Shown here: positions 58,975-64,000 of the stretch, piece by piece
How positions within the stretch are numbered: position 1 is the first letter of the stretch
Layout: each line of letters begins with the position of its first letter
Assembly: GCA_001643675.2 (NCBI GenBank)
Contig: LSRY02000051.1
Coordinates: forward strand, 310,001-374,000
Reading direction: 5' to 3'
Length of the DNA: 64,000 bases
From: Monocercomonoides exilis PA203
Taxonomy: Eukaryota; Protista; Preaxostyla
Notes under the pieces: generated by a model
Told to the model about the DNA's origin: nothing
Databases searched by the model: none
Seen by the model: the letters and a program-made list of their open reading frames with translations, nothing else
Program-made: the position numbers and the translations under genes

Positions 58975-59455
58975 ATCCATTTCTTTTTTCTCTTCTCCTT
59001 CTCTTCTCCTTCTCTTCTCCTTCTCTTCTCCTTCTCTTCTCCTTCTTTTTTCCTTCTTTTTTCTCTCCTCCTCTCCTCCTTCTCCTTCTCCAAATTTCTT
59101 CTTCTTCTCTTCTCTATTTTCATCTTTGTGAAGTGTTTCATCAAATCCTTTCCTCTTCTCTTTTTCCCTCTTTTCCTTCTTTTCCTCCTCTCTTCTTTTT
59201 TTATTCATCATCTTCTTTCATTCTCTTCTCTTCTTCTCTTCTTCTCTTCTTTTCTCTTCTCCTTTCTCATTTCTCCTCCTTTTCTCTTTCATTTTCTCTT
59301 TCTCTCTCTCACTCTCTCTTCCTTTATTCATCAACTCTTCTCCTTTCAAATCCATTTCTCTTCATTTCTTTCTCCTTCCCTTTCCCTCCTCTTTCTCCTT
59401 TCCTCACTCTTCTCCCTCTTCTCCTCCTTTCCTCCCCTCATCCCTCCATTTCCAT
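58975..59455. repeat. About 480-bp strongly pyrimidine-biased (CT-rich) tract immediately downstream of CK1
   Basis: Almost only C/T on the + strand, with repeated TTCTCTTCTCC-like units. Confidence 0.85.
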
Positions 59456-59462
59456 CAGCCTT

Positions 59463-59929
59463 TTATCTCCTTCCCGATGAAGGAGATGGCCCCAGACGCT
59501 GCGAGCTCGAAACATATCCCCCCCTGCTCCCGCTCATCGACGATGGCATCCCACTGCTGCTCCGATACCCGCTCGATGACATCCCTCCTCCTCCTCCTCC
59601 TCCTCCTCCCATCCCTCCTCCTCCTCCTCCACTCCCTCCGCCCATCCGCCCACTCCCCGTGCCTGAACTCATCCCCCCTCCCATCCGGCTCACACTCACA
59701 CCCGACCGCCCCATCCCCACCCCTCCTGTGCTTTGTGCTCGACCGCGGCAGCCCACTCCCACTCGATGTTCCATAATACCCTCCTCCTCCTCCTCCCCCA
59801 CCACCCCCTGCTCCTGCCCCAATCCCTGCAGACTGCGACACAGAGTGCGGCCCACTCCCATACCCTGCATACCCTCCTTCTCCTCCGCTCCGGTGTGCAC
59901 TCCCTCCCACACCCCCTGCTCCTGCCCCG

Positions 59930-59961
<32 letters not shown>

Positions 59962-62210
59962 ACCTGCACCTGACCCAGATGGCGCTCCTCGCATGCCCCC
60001 CATCGCTGCCAGCTGCTGCTGGTACTGCTGGTACTGCAGATACTGCGCCTGCGTCATCGGCGTCGCCCCGGCTGTCCCAGGCGCCACCATCATCGGCTGC
60101 CCGCTCGGCCCCATCACAATCCCCGGTGCCATCTGCGGCCCATACCCGCCCCGGCTGCTCCGCCCGCCCATCGACTGTGCAGCTGCTGCCTGCGCCTGTG
60201 CCTGCGCCTGAGCCTGTGCTGCTGCTGCTGCTGCCTGCTGCTGCGCCTTTATCTGCGCCTGCATCTGCGCCTGGAACTGCGGCGTCTGCTGCTGACTCGT
60301 GCTCCGCATCGTCGCTGGTGCTCCCTCTGATGGCGATGGCGCTCCTGTCTCTCCTCCTCCTCCTGTGACTCCTGCTCCTGCTCCTCCCCCGCTCTCTCGC
60401 CCTGACCCCAAAGGCGATGGCCCAGGCGATGCTGTCGACGGGTGTGCTGTTGCTGGCGTCGACGTCGACGGAGGCGTTGCTGTCCCTGCTGTCGCCATCG
60501 TCGACGACACACCCATCCCCATCCCCATCCCCCCTGATGGCACTGACCCCACAGGCGCTCCTCCTCCTCCCACTGCTCCTCCTGTCACTGCCCCTCCTCC
60601 TCCTCCTCCCACTGCTCCTGCTCCTCCAATCCCTCCACTCCGATCCATCCGGTCTGTCGACAGAACCACCCCGTGCCTCTCGTTCGCCTCCCGCTCCTCC
60701 TCCTTCCGCCTCTCCCCTCCCCTTGCTCCCCCTGCTCCCCCTGCTGCTCCTCCTCCACCAGAAGAGGAGGATGAGGAGGAGGATGAGGATGATGACCCCG
60801 CTGGCTCCTCCACACTCCAGTCGTATTGGAAGTCCAGCGTGTACCCGCTCTTCAGAAACAGCGACCGGAACAGCCGCCGCAGATAGAAGTAGTCCGGCTT
60901 CGCATCAAAGTGCAGGTCCTTCACATACCGCATGTACAGCTCAAACTCCTTCGGGCAGTCTTTGCACAGCGTCTCCACCGGGATGCTCATCTTCATGTCG
61001 CAGATCGCCCGGAACTTGTTGTTCCGGTTCTCGATCTTCAGCCCCTGCCACGGCAGCGACCCGTTCAGGAAGTAGATCAGGATGTACCCTATCGACTCCA
61101 GATCGTCCCGCCGCGACTGCTCTATCCCGTGGTGCGAGTTCTGCCCACCCATTCCCCAAATCACAAAATGATAATAATAATAATAATAATAAAACAACAA
61201 CAATAATAAAACACACAATCGATGCATATCGCACAGTCCCGGTCAGCCCTTTGTCCTCCCTGTACGGAATGTGCTGGTGCGTCGACGAGTCGCGATACCG
61301 CTTCGCAAGCCCAAGATCGATGATGTACACAATGTTCTTCTTCTTCCCCCGCCCCATCAGGAAGTTGTCTGGCTTGATGTCCCGATGGATCTGCACCACC
61401 AGTCAATCAGTCAAACAAATAAAAAAAAAGATAAATAAATAAATAAATAAACTCACAAACATAGTCTCGCGAATGCAGAAACTCCAGCCGGCAGATCATC
61501 TGGTCTGCCAGCATGATCGTCGTCTTCAGGCTGAAGCGCTGGTGCGGCTGCGCTGCCACCAGGTCCTCCAGCGACTTCCCCAGCAGGTCCATCACCATCA
61601 CGTTGTAGTTCCCTTCTGCCCCAAACCACTTGATCTGCGCCGCCAAAAGAGAGAAAGAGAATGAAATAAAATCAAACAATTCCAAAGTGAAAAAAAATAG
61701 AATGCACAGCAAATTAAAAAATAAAAAAAGAAAAAGAAAAAAGTGCTTTCCCCACACATTCGGAATCCCTGGCCCTCCGTTCAGGTGCTTGTAAAGCTTG
61801 CACTCATACATCAGCTGCGGCATCTTCGCGTTCGCCGGCTGCTCCGCACCACCACCCACCAACAGCAATAGCACGCATACACACAAGCCCCACCATCGTC
61901 ACCACACCACAAATCCATCCAACAAAAATCAAATGAAAAAAAGTCCCTGGTTCAAAGCGAAAAAAAGTGAATCCCAGAAAAGACACGCCTCCAGCTTCAC
62001 TGCATATTCCTCGTCCGTCCCCGGAACGACTCCCTTGTAGATGTCCCCTGCACCACAAAAACAGTTAAAATTCGCCAAAACCTAACACCTGTTCTCCACA
62101 CCGAACGACCCGCACCCGATTTTCTTTTCCAGCTTGTACCGTCCCCCAACAACTTGCGGCACACGCGCAATTGGTGGGGCTTGCGATGGCTTTCGAGATC
62201 TATCTGCCAT
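59463..62210 (-). CDS. CK1: Casein kinase 1 with a long Gly/Ala/Gln/Ser-rich C-terminal tail; introns at 62048-62101, 61839-61988 (GC-AG), 61635-61757, 61391-61460 and 61141-61216
   Basis: Spliced protein: [14 protein letters not shown]|DIYKG, AVKLE|[75 protein letters not shown]|[23 protein letters not shown]. The exact stop (59455 or 59463) depends on an apparent frameshift. Confidence 0.95.
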
Positions 62211-62504
62211 TAAAACTTATGATCAAAATTACCCCTTATTTGCTTTTATCAGATATCTGAAATAACTCTAAAGAGTTTTTTTTTGTTTTTTATTTTTTTT
62301 TTCCCACATATTAAAATGGACAAAACAATACCTCTGTGACCTGACAAATAACTTGAAGCCTCGTCTGTCATAAAAAAAAAAAAAAAAAAAAAATTTTTAA
62401 TAAATTTAAAATATACTATTGCAAAAACTTCTAAAGACTTTTCAAAGCACTATGATAAAGATTTGTTGATAGTATCTGTAATATCTTGTTGTTTTTTTTC
62501 TTTT

Positions 62505-63331
62505 GTCAGTGACCGTCAGTGACTGTCAATGACAAATTGTGACAAAAATATTCCTCAACAGACATTTCGTTACAAATAAAATAAATATCGTAAACTTGAT
62601 CATTTGGGACAAAATATTTCTCTTCAGGCATTTTCATTGAGAAATTTTGCATCTTAGTGAACTTTTTGTGATTAAAAAAAATGAAAATAATGGGTTCATT
62701 TTTTGAAATACACGTGAGGTCGCAAAACATAATGATGCTGTATTAATGATGTTTGTTTACAGATATGAAAATGAAATTAATTTCAAAATCTGATAAAGTT
62801 TAAAAATGTTATAAGTGAAACAATTTTTTCATGCCTTGTGCATAAAAAGCTTGAAAGAACGTATTTTCCCCCATTTTTTTAATTTTTATTTTATCAAAAT
62901 AATAAGAATTGTGACATGTGGATTTCCAAATTAATTATTATAGTAATAAAGAATTATGAAATCGTTATTCAAAGCTATTTATGACAAATAAAAAACATCT
63001 TCTCAGTCATTTTGTCGATTTTTCGTTTTTCTCTTGTCACGTCACAGAGGAATAGACAAAACATCTGCGTCACATGCCTTCAGACGTGAACATTTTAGGA
63101 GTGACGTGACGTGACTGAAAAAATTTCATTTTCTAATAAATAAATATTCTAAAATTAAAAACAAGACGTACAAAGAATAATTGATTTTTTTTGTGATTCA
63201 TCTTTCATTATTTTTTTTTTAATTTTTTTTTGAATGTTCATTTTCAATTTTTGTATGAACAATGGGTTGTGTCGTGATCAATTTTTTACGGTATAAATAC
63301 CAAGGCATTCGCGTCACTGATGGTCACTGAC
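62505..63331. mobile_element. MITE-like element with short TIR GTCAGTGACCRTCAGTGAC
   Basis: 62505-62523 and 63313-63331 are an inverted match at 18/19 positions. The interior is non-coding with several GTCAC/GTGAC motifs. No clear TSD. Confidence 0.55.
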
Positions 63332-63370
63332 GTGTTTTTTGATAATGAAGCATTTGGAAATTATTATTTA

Positions 63371-63628
63371 TTTGGATCATTCTTTTTGAAAAGTCGCAAA
63401 TGAAAAAATTTTGGGTTAAATAAAACTGAACATTTTTTGACCAGTTTTTGCTCTTTATACTGAAAACTTATAAACATATAGAATTTGAATACACAAACCT
63501 ATTTAATGTGAGAAAAAGTGCATGTTGGAGAAATGTGATTGATTAAAAACAAAAAATGACAAATTAGGAACAATTTTTTTAAACCCAAATAATTAGTATT
63601 TGCGACTTTTCATAAAGAATGACCCATA
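63371..63628. mobile_element. Small degenerate foldback/MITE-like element
   Basis: TGGATCATTCTTTTTGAAAAGTCGCAAAT at 63373 pairs with ATTTGCGACTTTTCATAAAGAATGACCCA ending at 63626; pairing continues inward through TTTGGGTT/AACCCAAA. Confidence 0.6.
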
Positions 63629-64000
63629 TGTTATTCATGGATGCATCACATGTGTTTGCCTCTTCATTGGTAAATCCATAAATCGATTGAGGAAAGTTTT
63701 TTAATTTTTTCATATTTTTAATAACACTTTTTTATTCTTCTTGATCTAAATAGTTCGAGATGTATTAAGAAACAGAGGAGATTATAAATCACACAGATGC
63801 GAATGGATAAAACAGAAAAATATAGAAACCAATGAGTACACAAACTGTTTGAATTTATTGATTTTTCTTGAAATAAATATGGAACTTATATATAATTTTG
63901 ACATAGGTTATTATCATCCAATGAAGGAAGAATAAATCATTTCCAAACTTTCTCTTGATATTGTTAATCACAAAATATTTATTGGATTCACTCCTTTGAA

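Noticed and set aside
58570-59973. 467-aa + strand hydrophobic/Pro-rich ORF
   Set aside because: Antisense shadow of the CK1 tail and the CT-rich tract.
1-64000. CRISPR arrays, rRNA, tRNA or prokaryotic operons
   Set aside because: None seen. The DNA is eukaryotic with spliceosomal introns, and the repeats are microsatellites or inverted repeats.

Overview
Intron-containing eukaryotic DNA read with the standard code (TAA, TAG and TGA all end genes). The gene families resemble those of the oxymonad Monocercomonoides; that assignment is an inference. The left end (1-17 kb) is a compact housekeeping block: the 3' end of calreticulin, Ran, SNAPc subunit 3, a lysophospholipid acyltransferase, and a SCAI homolog expanded to about 3,330 aa. 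The middle (17-58 kb) is AT-rich and accessory. It holds an intact 4,081-aa Cys-rich beta-helix/TM/degenerate-kinase receptor-like gene, decayed relatives of that gene, two paralogs of a Glu/Lys-rich family, and several MITE-like elements. The right end is a GC-rich casein kinase 1 gene with five unusual introns. The main discovery is two related non-autonomous DNA elements, at 20088-23840 and 39556-43171. Both end in GGCATAGGT...ACCTATGCC and have 530-bp or 357-bp near-perfect terminal inverted repeats (TIRs) and exact 8-bp target-site duplications (TSDs). Each carries a captured fragment of the receptor-kinase-like family (Pack-MULE-like). Each is inserted inside the transposase gene of a different transposon: a Merlin/IS1595-type in one case and a pogo-type DD35D in the other. 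Removing the second element rejoins the pogo reading frame exactly.
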